Positions 39,771-49,901 of a stretch of 64,000 nucleotides of DNA are shown one piece after another; position 1 is the first letter of the stretch, and each line of letters starts with the position of its first letter. Below the pieces are notes generated by a model that was not told where the DNA came from, did no database searches, and saw only the letters and a list, made by a program, of their open reading frames with translations. Location of the stretch: NCBI GenBank assembly GCA_963509895.1, contig CAUPCW010000003.1:31575-95574 (forward strand), in the 5' to 3' direction. A program made the position numbers and the translations under genes. The DNA comes from an uncultured Flavobacterium sp. GTDB lineage: Bacteria > Bacteroidota > Bacteroidia > Flavobacteriales > Flavobacteriaceae.

Positions 39771-40826
39771 ATGGATGTAACACATACAAATCGGATAGCG
39801 GTATTGGACAGTTTTCGGGCTATTGCAATTTTAGCTGTTGTTTTTTATCACTATTTTTACAGATGGAACGATTCTAATGTGCCTTATTTTGGAGCGGATT
39901 TTTTTCATTATGGGTTTAAAGGAGTTCCTTTCTTTTTTATGATAAGCGGTTTTGTAATTTGTTATACCCTAGAAAACACGACTAGTTTTATATTGTTTTG
40001 GAAAAAAAGATTTGTTCGCCTATTTCCATCAATGCTTGTGGCTTCAGTTGTTACTTTTGCTTTTTTGCGTTTATTTGATTCAGATCTAATTTTTGAAGAC
40101 AGTAATCATTTTCGAAATTTGTTGGCAAGTTTAACTTTTTTGCCACCCAATTTGTTCGATTGGATTTTAGGAACTAAGAATCATTTTAGCTATTTGAATT
40201 ATTCCTATTGGAGTTTATGGCCCGAAATTCAATTCTATTTTTTGTCAAGCACACTCTATTTTTTGGATAAAAATAATTTCAGAAGAAATTTTGTTAGTTG
40301 TTGTTTTGTATTTGTAATTCTTTATTTTTTAGTTCTTTATTTCAATTACAATCAAATTAAGATAGTCGAGAAACTAATCAATTTATTCAATCTCATAAAA
40401 TTTCTCCCTTTTTTTCTTTCGGGATCCTTGTTTTATATTTTATATCGTAAAGGAAAATCCTATATGTTGACCCTTTTGTTATTGATTCTTTTCATGATAA
40501 TCAATTTTTCCTTATCAATAGTTGAATTCATTTCAAGCTCAATTATGTTTGGTTTGTTTTTTTGTTTTATTTATTATCCAAGCCTTTTGTCTTTTTTAGA
40601 AAATAAGGTAATGATGTCTATTGGAGTTTCTTCCTATTTTTTATACCTGATACATGAATACGTGGGAGTGGTCTGGATCCGTAATTTTGTGTCTATGTTT
40701 TATTCATTCAGTTTTATGGCACCTATTGTAATGATTGTAATCATGATAATGGTAAGCATTTTTTATACATTAGAGATTGAGCCAAAAATCACTTTGCGTT
40801 TAAAGAATTATTTATTAAAAAAGTAA
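39771..40826 (+). CDS. Acyltransferase family 3, paralog of 33236..34312
   Basis: LDSFRAIA, FFMISGFVI, RFVRLFP, YWSLWPEIQFY, SYFLYLIHE. Confidence 0.92.
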   Translation: MDVTHTNRIAVLDSFRAIAILAVVFYHYFYRWNDSNVPYFGADFFHYGFKGVPFFFMISGFVICYTLENTTSFILFWKKRFVRLFPSMLVASVVTFAFLRLFDSDLIFEDSNHFRNLLASLTFLPPNLFDWILGTKNHFSYLNYSYWSLWPEIQFYFLSSTLYFLDKNNFRRNFVSCCFVFVILYFLVLYFNYNQIKIVEKLINLFNLIKFLPFFLSGSLFYILYRKGKSYMLTLLLLILFMIINFSLSIVEFISSSIMFGLFFCFIYYPSLLSFLENKVMMSIGVSSYFLYLIHEYVGVVWIRNFVSMFYSFSFMAPIVMIVIMIMVSIFYTLEIEPKITLRLKNYLLKK

Positions 40827-40827
40827 A

Positions 40828-41904
40828 ATGACAAAAATAGCCATTCTTTGTAATTATATCCTTTTGCCTGAAAGAGTGGGAGGCATGGATCATTTTTTTT
40901 GGCAATTTGATGCCACCTGCAGGGCGAATAACATTCAAGTAGATTGGTTTTTTCCTAATAGTGCTCAGCATGGCGAATATGGTACTTTGACTATTTTTGA
41001 CAGTAACCATCAAAGTGTGGAGTCTTTTTTTCTTGATTTTTGTTTCCGAAAGGATTCTGGATACACCCATGTTATAACCCATTTTGTGGAGTTGTGCACT
41101 CCTTTTTTTAAGAAATTAAAACAAGTAAGCCACGCTAAGATTATTGCGATAGACCACAATCCAAGACCCATAAAAGGCTATCCTTTCAAGAAGAAGTTAG
41201 AAAAGAAAGTAAAAGGCTTTTTATATTCAAAATACATTGATCAGTTGGTTGGGGTTTCAAATTATACTGTAGGAGCGATTATAAAAGATTTTGGATTTCA
41301 AGTAAAATCTAAAACAACGACTATCTATAATGGTGTTCTTATTCAGGATATAGATGTGAGAACAGAAAGAAATTGTAATACTCTTACTTTTTTGGTAGCT
41401 TCACATTTGCGGGAGTCCAAAGGAATTCAGGATTTGATTATGGCAGTTCAACTTCTTCCTTTAGAAATAAAAAACGAAATAAAAATCGACATATATGGAG
41501 ATGGGCCGTACAAAACTCAGTTAATAGAAAAAATTAAAAAGTACCAACTTGAAGATTGTTTTTCTTTTAAGGGAAACCAATCGAATCTAAATGAAATTTT
41601 TTCGCAATATGATTATATGTTGCAACCTACCCATATGGAATGTTTTAGTTTGTCTATACTAGAGAGTTTAGCTGCTAATGTTCCTGTCATTACAACCAAT
41701 GTTGGTGGAAATGAAGAAGCGGTAGTGGACGGTAGTAATGGCTATGTTTTTAAAGCCAAGGATACTATTGCATTAGCAGCTATTCTTGAAGAGGTTTTTT
41801 TAGGTACAAAGAAGATTCATGCTAATACAAGAATTGCCATTGAAGATAAATTTTCTTTGGAAAAAATGGTAAGTGAACATTTTGCCTTACTACTGAAGAA
41901 ATAA
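40828..41904 (+). CDS. Glycosyltransferase family 4
   Basis: KGIQDLI, ECFSLSILESLA, TTNVGG. Confidence 0.9.
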   Translation: MTKIAILCNYILLPERVGGMDHFFWQFDATCRANNIQVDWFFPNSAQHGEYGTLTIFDSNHQSVESFFLDFCFRKDSGYTHVITHFVELCTPFFKKLKQVSHAKIIAIDHNPRPIKGYPFKKKLEKKVKGFLYSKYIDQLVGVSNYTVGAIIKDFGFQVKSKTTTIYNGVLIQDIDVRTERNCNTLTFLVASHLRESKGIQDLIMAVQLLPLEIKNEIKIDIYGDGPYKTQLIEKIKKYQLEDCFSFKGNQSNLNEIFSQYDYMLQPTHMECFSLSILESLAANVPVITTNVGGNEEAVVDGSNGYVFKAKDTIALAAILEEVFLGTKKIHANTRIAIEDKFSLEKMVSEHFALLLKK

Positions 41905-41941
41905 TCTTATTTTTGCCGAACTTAATTAGTTCGATTCTTTT

Positions 41942-43375
41942 ATGTTTTTCAACTCCCTAGCGTTTGCCATTTTTCTGCCTCTAGTATTTTTTTTGTATTG
42001 GTTTGTTTTTAATAAAAACAAAAACACTCAAAATGCTTTACTGATACTAGCCAGTTATTATTTTTACTCCTGTTGGGATTGGCGGTTTTTATTCTTATTG
42101 GTGTTTTCTACTTTTTTGGATTATTATACGGGTATCCGAATTGAAAAAAGTACAAATGAAAAAGGGCAAAAATTTTGGTTTTGGCTTAGTGTTATTGTTA
42201 ACTTAGGACTTTTAGGAGTTTTTAAATATTTCAATTTTTTCTCGGATTCGTTTGCTCAATTACTTACTTCTGTTGGGTTTAAAGCGAGTCCAATACTTCT
42301 AGATGTGATTCTTCCCGTTGGGATTTCTTTTTACACCTTTCATGGCTTATCCTACGTCATTGATATTTATTACAAGCGCATCAAAGCGGAGTATAACTTT
42401 GTCGATTATTCTTTGTTTGTGAGTTATTTTCCTTTATTGGTGGCTGGACCTATTGAAAGAGCCACTCATTTGTTGCCACGGGTCAAAGTGCAACGTAGCT
42501 TCGATTTGGAAAAAGCCAAAGATGGCTTGGCTCAATTCGTTTGGGGATTGGTCAAAAAAGTTGTGATTGCCGATACTTGTGCTACTTATGCCAATGCAGT
42601 TTTTGATAACTATCCGGCTATGAATTCGCTATCCTTGATGCTGGGAGCTATTTATTTTGCGTTTCAAATTTATGGGGATTTTTCAGGATATTCCGATATG
42701 GCTTTAGGGATGTCAAAACTGTTTGGGATTGATTTATTGAAAAACTTCAATTATCCCTACTTTTCAAGAGACATCGCCGAATTTTGGAGACGCTGGCACA
42801 TTTCGTTGTCCTCTTGGTTCAGGGATTATTTATATATTCCGCTAGGAGGTAGTCAAGGCGGAATGTGGTACAAGATCCGCAATACTTTTATTATTTTCTT
42901 GGTGAGTGGTTTTTGGCACGGCGCTAATTGGACGTATGTCGTTTGGGGATTACTAAATGCCATTTATTTTCTACCTTTATTGGTATTGCAAAAAAACAGG
43001 AACAATACCGGCCCTGTAGTAGTTAACTTCGATTGGAAGGGATTACAAACTGTAGTAAACATCTTGATTACTTTTCTTTTAAGTACTATTGCGTGGGTCT
43101 TTTTTAGAGCAAAATCCATAACCGATGCGGTTTTGTATTTAAAGCAAATGGTCATCAACGGAGATTTTAGTTCGCAGTATTTGTCAAACGAAAGGTACAA
43201 TTACGAAATACTCCTTTTAATTGGTGCTTTTGTAGCGGTAGAATGGAATAACAGAAACCGAGTAGAGCCCTTATCAGGACGCTATAGTCTTGTGAAATTT
43301 GGTTTAGCCATTGCAGCGATTATGGCTTTAGGGACTTTTTCGGATTACAAAGAGTTTATTTATTTTCAGTTTTAA
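41942..43375 (+). CDS. MBOAT family O-acyltransferase (AlgI/DltB-like)
   Basis: LPVGISFYTF, FPLLVAGPIER, DFSGYSDMA, FWRRWHISLS, SGFWHGA. Confidence 0.95.
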   Translation: MFFNSLAFAIFLPLVFFLYWFVFNKNKNTQNALLILASYYFYSCWDWRFLFLLVFSTFLDYYTGIRIEKSTNEKGQKFWFWLSVIVNLGLLGVFKYFNFFSDSFAQLLTSVGFKASPILLDVILPVGISFYTFHGLSYVIDIYYKRIKAEYNFVDYSLFVSYFPLLVAGPIERATHLLPRVKVQRSFDLEKAKDGLAQFVWGLVKKVVIADTCATYANAVFDNYPAMNSLSLMLGAIYFAFQIYGDFSGYSDMALGMSKLFGIDLLKNFNYPYFSRDIAEFWRRWHISLSSWFRDYLYIPLGGSQGGMWYKIRNTFIIFLVSGFWHGANWTYVVWGLLNAIYFLPLLVLQKNRNNTGPVVVNFDWKGLQTVVNILITFLLSTIAWVFFRAKSITDAVLYLKQMVINGDFSSQYLSNERYNYEILLLIGAFVAVEWNNRNRVEPLSGRYSLVKFGLAIAAIMALGTFSDYKEFIYFQF

Positions 43376-43385
43376 GAATAAAGCG

Positions 43386-43862
43386 TCTCGACTACGATCG
43401 ACTTGACAGAGTGATATGATTTAATTAGTTGTCAAATCGAGCGCAGTCGAGATTGTCAGGAACCGGACTTTTCTCTGTAAATAAAAATATCGCTAGGGCA
43501 ATTGTCAAATCGAGCGCAGTCGAGATTGCTTTATTAAAAAGGAAAATTGCTGTTTAAAAGGGCCTCGACTGCGCTCGACCTGACAGTTTGAGTTGAGATT
43601 ATTTGTTGTCAAATCGAGCGCAGTCTAGATTGTTGTTATAAAGGAAAATTGCTGTTTAAAAGGGCCTCGACTGCGCTCGACCTGACAGTTTGAGTCGAGA
43701 GTTTTGTTGTCAAATCGAGCGCAGGCGAAATTGTCAGGAACCGGACTTTTCTCTGTAAATAAAAATATCGCTAGGGCAATTGTCAAATCGAGCGCAGTCG
43801 AGATTGGTTCATTAGAAAAAAATTTGAGTATACAGTAGAGTCTCGACTGCGCTCAAACTGAT
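43386..43862. repeat. BIME-like mosaic of nine TGTC-tagged REP-like units
   Basis: Forward TGTCAAATCGAGCGCAGTCGAGA-type units at ~43430, 43503, 43607, 43708, 43781; reverse units at ~43386, 43564, 43666, 43841; duplicated linkers. Confidence 0.92.
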
Positions 43863-43911
43863 ATAGAGCATAAAATATCATAGGAATAAAATAGAATCAC
43901 AAGAATCACAA

Positions 43912-44799
43912 ATGAAACAGTTTTTACTATATACATTTAAAATAGGATTACTTACAGTTTTTATCGCTGTCGTATTGGATTTTGGGTATACCAAAGTTTT
44001 TTTGCAATCTTCGGATAGAGGGAAAATTGAAAAAGTATTCAATTCCAAAGACGTAAAGTATGATGTGGTAATTTTAGGTTCATCAAGAGCTAATAATCAT
44101 TTTGTGTCCCAAATGTTTGAAGACAAAGGATTAAAAACTTTTAATTACGGTATGAGTGGCGGCCATTTGTTTGAAGCTTCGTTATTGTTAAAACTGATGA
44201 TAGAGCGCAACTACCAAATTAAGGATGTGGTTTTAGAAGCCGATTTGAACTTGTCAAACGACCATCAAGCGGAAGGAATATCCGCAAAATTCTTACCATT
44301 CCTCCACGAATCCGAAACGATAAGAAGGCATTTTGAAAAGGAAGTAGATTATAGAGAGTTGTATTATATTCCATTTTACCGTTATGTGAAATACGATGTC
44401 AAAATAGGAGTTCGTGAAATTTTCTTTACTTCGATTGGGAAAAAAACGTCTCATCTAGACAACCAAGGATACTATCCTCTGGGGAAGAAATCGAATGCCA
44501 ATATGAAAAATAATATTGCGAATTTGAACCCTTTGCAAAAGAATAAATATTATAATGAAATTAAGCAGCTTTGTGAACAAAAAGGAATTAAATTTATTGC
44601 TGTAATGACCCCAATGTGTGAAAACACCAAAGGGATGAATTATTTTGATAAAGTAAAACAATTATATCCAGAAATTCATAATTATGAAAATGTAGTATTT
44701 GAGGATCAATATTTTTCATCTTGTGGACATTTAAATGATGCTGGGGCTAGATTGTTTACGGCTAGAATTTTAAAGGATTTTTTTAATACCCCTAACTAG
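43912..44799 (+). CDS. Membrane-anchored SGNH-hydrolase-like protein (probable MBOAT partner)
   Basis: N-terminal TM, LGSSRA, NYGMSGG, C-terminal DQYFSSCGHLN. Confidence 0.7.
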   Translation: MKQFLLYTFKIGLLTVFIAVVLDFGYTKVFLQSSDRGKIEKVFNSKDVKYDVVILGSSRANNHFVSQMFEDKGLKTFNYGMSGGHLFEASLLLKLMIERNYQIKDVVLEADLNLSNDHQAEGISAKFLPFLHESETIRRHFEKEVDYRELYYIPFYRYVKYDVKIGVREIFFTSIGKKTSHLDNQGYYPLGKKSNANMKNNIANLNPLQKNKYYNEIKQLCEQKGIKFIAVMTPMCENTKGMNYFDKVKQLYPEIHNYENVVFEDQYFSSCGHLNDAGARLFTARILKDFFNTPN

Positions 44800-44835
44800 T
44801 AATTTTATCAGTTTTTAAACTTGAGTAACGAAAAA

Positions 44836-45993
44836 ATGAATATAGCTTTTTTAACTCCAGAATATCCTCACCCCAATACGGGCCACTCTGGTGGTATTGG
44901 CACCAGTATTAAAAATTTAGCCATTGGTCTTTTGGCTCAAAAATGTAAAGTACGAGTATTAGTGTATGGGCAAAGAGTAGATGCTGTTTTTGAGGATGAA
45001 GGTATTTGTATTCAACAAATAAAAAATGTAAAATTCAAAGGATTATCTTGGTGGTTGACTCGAAAAAAGATTCAAACAATCATCAATCAATTGTATGAAG
45101 CTAGTGAAATAGATGTAATTGAAGCTCCTGATTGGACGGGTATCACTTCTTTTATTACACCCAAGAAATGTCCAATTGTAATTCGATTGCATGGATCTGA
45201 TACTTATTTTTGTCATTTGGATAAACGTCCTGTGAAATGGATTAATAAATTTCATGAAAAAAGAGGTATACAAAATGCTGATGGATTACTGTCGGTGAGT
45301 GACTATACGGCTGAGGTTACCAATGTCCTTTTTGGATTGGATAAAGAATTTACAATTATTCCAAATCCAATTGATACTCTGTTGTTTAGTGCTAATGCTG
45401 AAAAATCAAATGAAGAAAAAAGCATATTGTATTTTGGAAGCCTGATTCGAAAAAAAGGGTTGTTGGAATTGCCTTTGATTTTTAATAAGGTTATAGAAAA
45501 AAATCCTAAAGCAAAATTGGTTTTGGTAGGCAAAGATGTTCCTGATATTACTACAGGAAATTCTTCTACTTGGCAAATGATGCAGGTTTTATTTTCGGAA
45601 GAAGCTAAGGAAAAAGTGCTGTATTTAGGAAGTATTCATTATACTGAAATAAAAGCTAAAATAGCTGAGGCCACGCTATGTGTTTTTCCCTCATTTGCAG
45701 AGGCCTTCCCCGTTTCATGGTTAGAAGCGATGGCAATGGAAAAGCCAATTGTAGCTTCTAATATTGGATGGGCCACAGAAATGATTGATGATGGTAAAAG
45801 TGGTTATTTGGTAAATCCTAAAGACCACAATTTATTTGCAAATAAAATAATTGATTTATTAAAAAATGAACACTTGCGATTAGAGATGTCTAAACAAGCT
45901 AGATACAGAGTGGAGTCCATTTTTGATATCCAAAAAATAGCTTTACAAAATGTCAAATATTATCAAGAAATAATTACTAAATCACTTAACTAA
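44836..45993 (+). CDS. Glycosyltransferase family 4
   Basis: GGIG, YFGSLIRKKG, EAFPVSWLEAMA; in-frame ATG at 44836. Confidence 0.92.
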   Translation: MNIAFLTPEYPHPNTGHSGGIGTSIKNLAIGLLAQKCKVRVLVYGQRVDAVFEDEGICIQQIKNVKFKGLSWWLTRKKIQTIINQLYEASEIDVIEAPDWTGITSFITPKKCPIVIRLHGSDTYFCHLDKRPVKWINKFHEKRGIQNADGLLSVSDYTAEVTNVLFGLDKEFTIIPNPIDTLLFSANAEKSNEEKSILYFGSLIRKKGLLELPLIFNKVIEKNPKAKLVLVGKDVPDITTGNSSTWQMMQVLFSEEAKEKVLYLGSIHYTEIKAKIAEATLCVFPSFAEAFPVSWLEAMAMEKPIVASNIGWATEMIDDGKSGYLVNPKDHNLFANKIIDLLKNEHLRLEMSKQARYRVESIFDIQKIALQNVKYYQEIITKSLN

Positions 45994-45994
45994 A

Positions 45995-47533
45995 ATGAAG
46001 TTAGACGAATACAAAACGAATTCGGGTGAAATTATTCTCTATGTTGGTCAGCCTAATTTTGAAAAATTAGAACAGCTTGCATTAGGAACTGGAGATATTT
46101 GGCACAGTTCTTTTGAACAAGGCTATAAAAATGTTTTTCCTGAATTGGTGTATCAAACGGCTACATTTTTTTGGTATTTAAATGATTTCGAGGAATTAGA
46201 ACAATGTGTAAGTTGGAGGGTAAATCCGTATGCATTTGCAGTTCGAAAAACAGTTTGGGATACCTTAAACGGTTTCGATACGGAATACAAAAATCCTCAA
46301 ATGCAAGCTTTGGATTTTGGTTATAATTCAGTACGAAATTCTGGAGCAGTTGCATTATATGTAAAAGATTTATTTGCCACTAGTGAAATAGAAAAAATAA
46401 ATATAACGACAAGAGACCGTTATACTTTTTTTATAAAAAATTTTAAGTTAGATCATGCTTTATTTATGATTTATAGGCAAGGTTTATGGAAATGGAAGGA
46501 ATGGGATGCTTTTTTTTATGCAAAAAAGAATTTAAAAAAATCTAAATTAAAACCAAAAGTTAAACCAAAAGTTTTAAATGCAATAGAAGGAAATCCAAAG
46601 GTGAGCTACATCATTCCTACTATGTTTCGCCAGGAGTATACCTTGCAATTACTTGAGGATTTGAGTCAACAATCTTATTTGCCTGCACAAGTTGTGGTCG
46701 TTGATGCTACCCCAATCAATAATCGTGAAGAGAGTTTGTACTCACAAAAAGGATATTCGTTTGAATTAATTGTGAAATGGCAAGAATCCAAAGGGAGCTG
46801 TAGGGCAAGAAATGAAGCTATTGATTTGTGTACGGGAGATTATATTGTTTTTGGAGATGATGATATTCGAGTTCCATCAAATTTTATAGAAAATCATATT
46901 CGATTTTTGCAAACCAATAAAGCTGGAGCGTGTAATGGATTGGATATTAGAGCGGATCATCAAAAACAAAATCTACAAGATTTGGAAGATAAATTGCAAC
47001 AGCTAGGTGATAAAAGATGGATTGCTGGTTGCTCACAAATGTTTAGTAATGCCAATTCATGTGTAAAAAGCGATTATGTTAAGCAGTTGGTCGGTAACGA
47101 TGTCAATTTTGATGGTGGTTACGGGGAAGACAGTGATTTTGGGATGTCATTATCAAAAATTGGGGTTGCGGTATTGCATAATCCTTTTTCAGTAAATTTA
47201 CATCTTAAACCTCCCACGGGGGGCTACCGATTTTGGGGTACACAAGCAAAGATTAGAGGGAAGAAACGAAAATCACAACCTTGGGAATTGGATACTCCTG
47301 TAAAATGGATTACTCCTGTGCCAAGCCCAACAGTAATGTATGGAATTGTCAAACATTTTAGCCCACAACAAGTAATCGAATACAAACAAAAGCATTTTTT
47401 CTTATACCTGTTCAAAGGAGCAAAAAGCTCTTTTTTATATCGATTCATTCGATTGCCTTACAAAAATATTCAATTCAACAAATCCCTTTTTTATGCTAAA
47501 AAATTAGTAGCACTAGGAAAAAGAACTCAATAA
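45995..47533 (+). CDS. Glycosyltransferase family 2 (two-domain)
   Basis: VSYIIPT, GSCRARN, FGDDD, GYGED. Confidence 0.85.
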   Translation: MKLDEYKTNSGEIILYVGQPNFEKLEQLALGTGDIWHSSFEQGYKNVFPELVYQTATFFWYLNDFEELEQCVSWRVNPYAFAVRKTVWDTLNGFDTEYKNPQMQALDFGYNSVRNSGAVALYVKDLFATSEIEKINITTRDRYTFFIKNFKLDHALFMIYRQGLWKWKEWDAFFYAKKNLKKSKLKPKVKPKVLNAIEGNPKVSYIIPTMFRQEYTLQLLEDLSQQSYLPAQVVVVDATPINNREESLYSQKGYSFELIVKWQESKGSCRARNEAIDLCTGDYIVFGDDDIRVPSNFIENHIRFLQTNKAGACNGLDIRADHQKQNLQDLEDKLQQLGDKRWIAGCSQMFSNANSCVKSDYVKQLVGNDVNFDGGYGEDSDFGMSLSKIGVAVLHNPFSVNLHLKPPTGGYRFWGTQAKIRGKKRKSQPWELDTPVKWITPVPSPTVMYGIVKHFSPQQVIEYKQKHFFLYLFKGAKSSFLYRFIRLPYKNIQFNKSLFYAKKLVALGKRTQ

Positions 47534-47535
47534 TC

Positions 47536-48534
47536 ATGAAATTCTCTCTAATTATCTGTACTTACATGCGTCCAAAACCTTTGTTGCAATTATTGCACTC
47601 GGTGAAGGAACAAACTTTATATCCTGATGAAATTTTAATTATTGATGGGTCTACTAATGATGAAACAGAGCAAATACTAGCAAACAACTCTTTCCTAAAT
47701 TTAAACTATTTTTTAATACCCAAAGAACAAAGAGGATTGACCAAACAACGTAATTATGGTATAGCAAGGGTAGGTTTTGACAAGGAGTTGGTCTGTTTCT
47801 TAGATGATGATACGGTTTTGTCAACCGATTATTTTGAACAATTAGTTAAAACGTTTGAATCAGATGCAACGATATCAGGGGTTGGTGGAGTAGCTACTAA
47901 TGAAAATAAATGGAAGGCTAAAAAGAAGGAAGAATATTTGAATCCTAACCACTATTATGAGTGGGAAGGATATGTTTATAAAGAAGGACAACGCAATGTA
48001 CTGCGCAATTACTTGAGACTTCAATCTAATGAAGGACCCGCAAAGATGCCAAATTATTCCCATGGGCGAACCTGTGGATTTCCTTTGAATGGTAAAACAT
48101 ATGAAGTTGATTTATTGATAGGGATGTCAATGGCTTTTAGAAGATCTATTTTTAATCAAATTCAATTTTCTTCCTACTTTGAGGGATATGGATTATACGA
48201 GGATGCTGATTTTAGCATCAGAGCCCAGCATTTTGGGAAAAATGTCATCAATACAAAAGTACAATTAAGTCATTTTCATCATCCTTCAGGCCGCCCCAAT
48301 CAATTCCATTATGGGAAAATGGTCGTGCGAAATGGTTGGTACGTTTGGCGGGTGAAAAATCCAAAACCTATATGGAGAGACCAATGCAAATGGCATGCGA
48401 TTACTTTGCTGTTGACTTTCATTCGATTTAGCAATACCTTTACTTCAAAACAACGTAAAGCTGCATTTACTGAAGCTTGTGGAAGAACCGTAGGGTGGTG
48501 GAGTTTGATGTTTAATAAACCAAAAGAGAAGTAA
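47536..48534 (+). CDS. Glycosyltransferase family 2
   Basis: SLIICTY, IDGS, GLTKQRN, FLDDD, YEDADF. Confidence 0.9.
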   Translation: MKFSLIICTYMRPKPLLQLLHSVKEQTLYPDEILIIDGSTNDETEQILANNSFLNLNYFLIPKEQRGLTKQRNYGIARVGFDKELVCFLDDDTVLSTDYFEQLVKTFESDATISGVGGVATNENKWKAKKKEEYLNPNHYYEWEGYVYKEGQRNVLRNYLRLQSNEGPAKMPNYSHGRTCGFPLNGKTYEVDLLIGMSMAFRRSIFNQIQFSSYFEGYGLYEDADFSIRAQHFGKNVINTKVQLSHFHHPSGRPNQFHYGKMVVRNGWYVWRVKNPKPIWRDQCKWHAITLLLTFIRFSNTFTSKQRKAAFTEACGRTVGWWSLMFNKPKEK

Positions 48535-49340
48535 TGAAAACACTAGAATCAACCGTCGCCATAAATAAAAAACAAGCGGAATTTTACAATACCAAAGAGA
48601 AAAATTGGGTTACTAAGATTTGGTCTGCATTTAGAAATGGGACTTTGAATAGGATAAAAAAAGGTGTAGGCATACAAGATCAGGCTTATCTAAAACACAA
48701 GGAATGGTTTGGTGATTTGAGTTCGAAACGAGTTTTGGATTTAGGGTGTTTTTCTGGAAATTATTGGTCAATGTACTTAGCTGAGCATTCAAAAGTTTAT
48801 ATTGGAATTGATTTGAGTGATGTGGCTATTGAAAAGCTTCGTCAACGTTTAATTCCTTACCCCAATGCTAGTGTTTTAGCTATTGATTTTTTATCATCAG
48901 AATTTAAAGAAAAGGATTTCGATTTAATATACGCCTACGGTGTTTTACATCACTTTGAAAGTACAAAAATCATAATTGATAAGCTCAATGAAAAATTAGC
49001 ACCAAAAGGGCAAATTATAAGTTATGACCCTTTGCAAACAAGTTTACCCATAAAAATAATCCGATGGCTATACCGTCCATTTCAATCCGATGCTGCATGG
49101 GAATGGCCATTTACTAAAAAAGTGTATGATCAGTATAAAGATGCTTTTGCAATTATAGAAAGACATGGACTTTTAGGGAAATCAAAATGGATGGCTTTGA
49201 TGTCATTGCTGCCGTTTTCTGAAAAATGGAAAACTAATTTGGGACAAAAGTGGCACAAAGGGGACTGGGATAATTCTAGAACATCAGATTCCGTATTGTT
49301 TAGTTGTATGCATTTGACTATGTTAATGCAAAAAAAATAA
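48534..49340 (+). CDS. Class I SAM-dependent methyltransferase
   Basis: VLDLGCFSG, GIDLS, FDLIYAYGVLHH. Confidence 0.88.
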   Translation: MKTLESTVAINKKQAEFYNTKEKNWVTKIWSAFRNGTLNRIKKGVGIQDQAYLKHKEWFGDLSSKRVLDLGCFSGNYWSMYLAEHSKVYIGIDLSDVAIEKLRQRLIPYPNASVLAIDFLSSEFKEKDFDLIYAYGVLHHFESTKIIIDKLNEKLAPKGQIISYDPLQTSLPIKIIRWLYRPFQSDAAWEWPFTKKVYDQYKDAFAIIERHGLLGKSKWMALMSLLPFSEKWKTNLGQKWHKGDWDNSRTSDSVLFSCMHLTMLMQKK

Positions 49341-49346
49341 CTTCAA

Positions 49347-49901
49347 ATGAATTTATTTCAACTCATATTAACCGACTTCAAGAAGCATCAAAAATATGGA
49401 GGACATTTTTTTGGGATTGTGTTTTTTACCCAAGGATTCTGGGCTGTTTTTCAATATAGATTAGCGCATTTTACTTATTGCAAAATAAAATGGCAACCTT
49501 TTCGATTCATATTCTTAATGTTATTTCTCATATGGCAAAAAGTTATAGAAATTACTACTGGAATTTCAATTCCTGCTTCTGCAAGAATAGGACATTCATT
49601 TTACATTGGACATTTTGGAAGAATCATCATTAATGCTGATGCTTTAATTGGGAATGATTGTAATATTTCACAAGGGGTTACTATTGGTGTTAGTGGAAGA
49701 GAAGAAAAAAGGGGGACTCCAAGTATAGGTGATAAAGTGTATGTTGGTGCCAACGCAGTTGTTTCAGGAAATATTACCATCGGTAATGAAGTTTTGATTG
49801 GGGCTTGTTCTTTAGTAAATAAATCTATTCCAGATAGTTCGGTGGTTTTGGGTGTTCCAGCCATAATCATTTCTGAAAAGGGATCTAAAGGATATATCTA
49901 A
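49347..49901 (+). CDS. Serine acetyltransferase-like hexapeptide-repeat O-acetyltransferase
   Basis: IGHFGRIII, IGNDCNISQGVTIG, IGDKVYVGANA, GVPA. Confidence 0.88.
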   Translation: MNLFQLILTDFKKHQKYGGHFFGIVFFTQGFWAVFQYRLAHFTYCKIKWQPFRFIFLMLFLIWQKVIEITTGISIPASARIGHSFYIGHFGRIIINADALIGNDCNISQGVTIGVSGREEKRGTPSIGDKVYVGANAVVSGNITIGNEVLIGACSLVNKSIPDSSVVLGVPAIIISEKGSKGYI

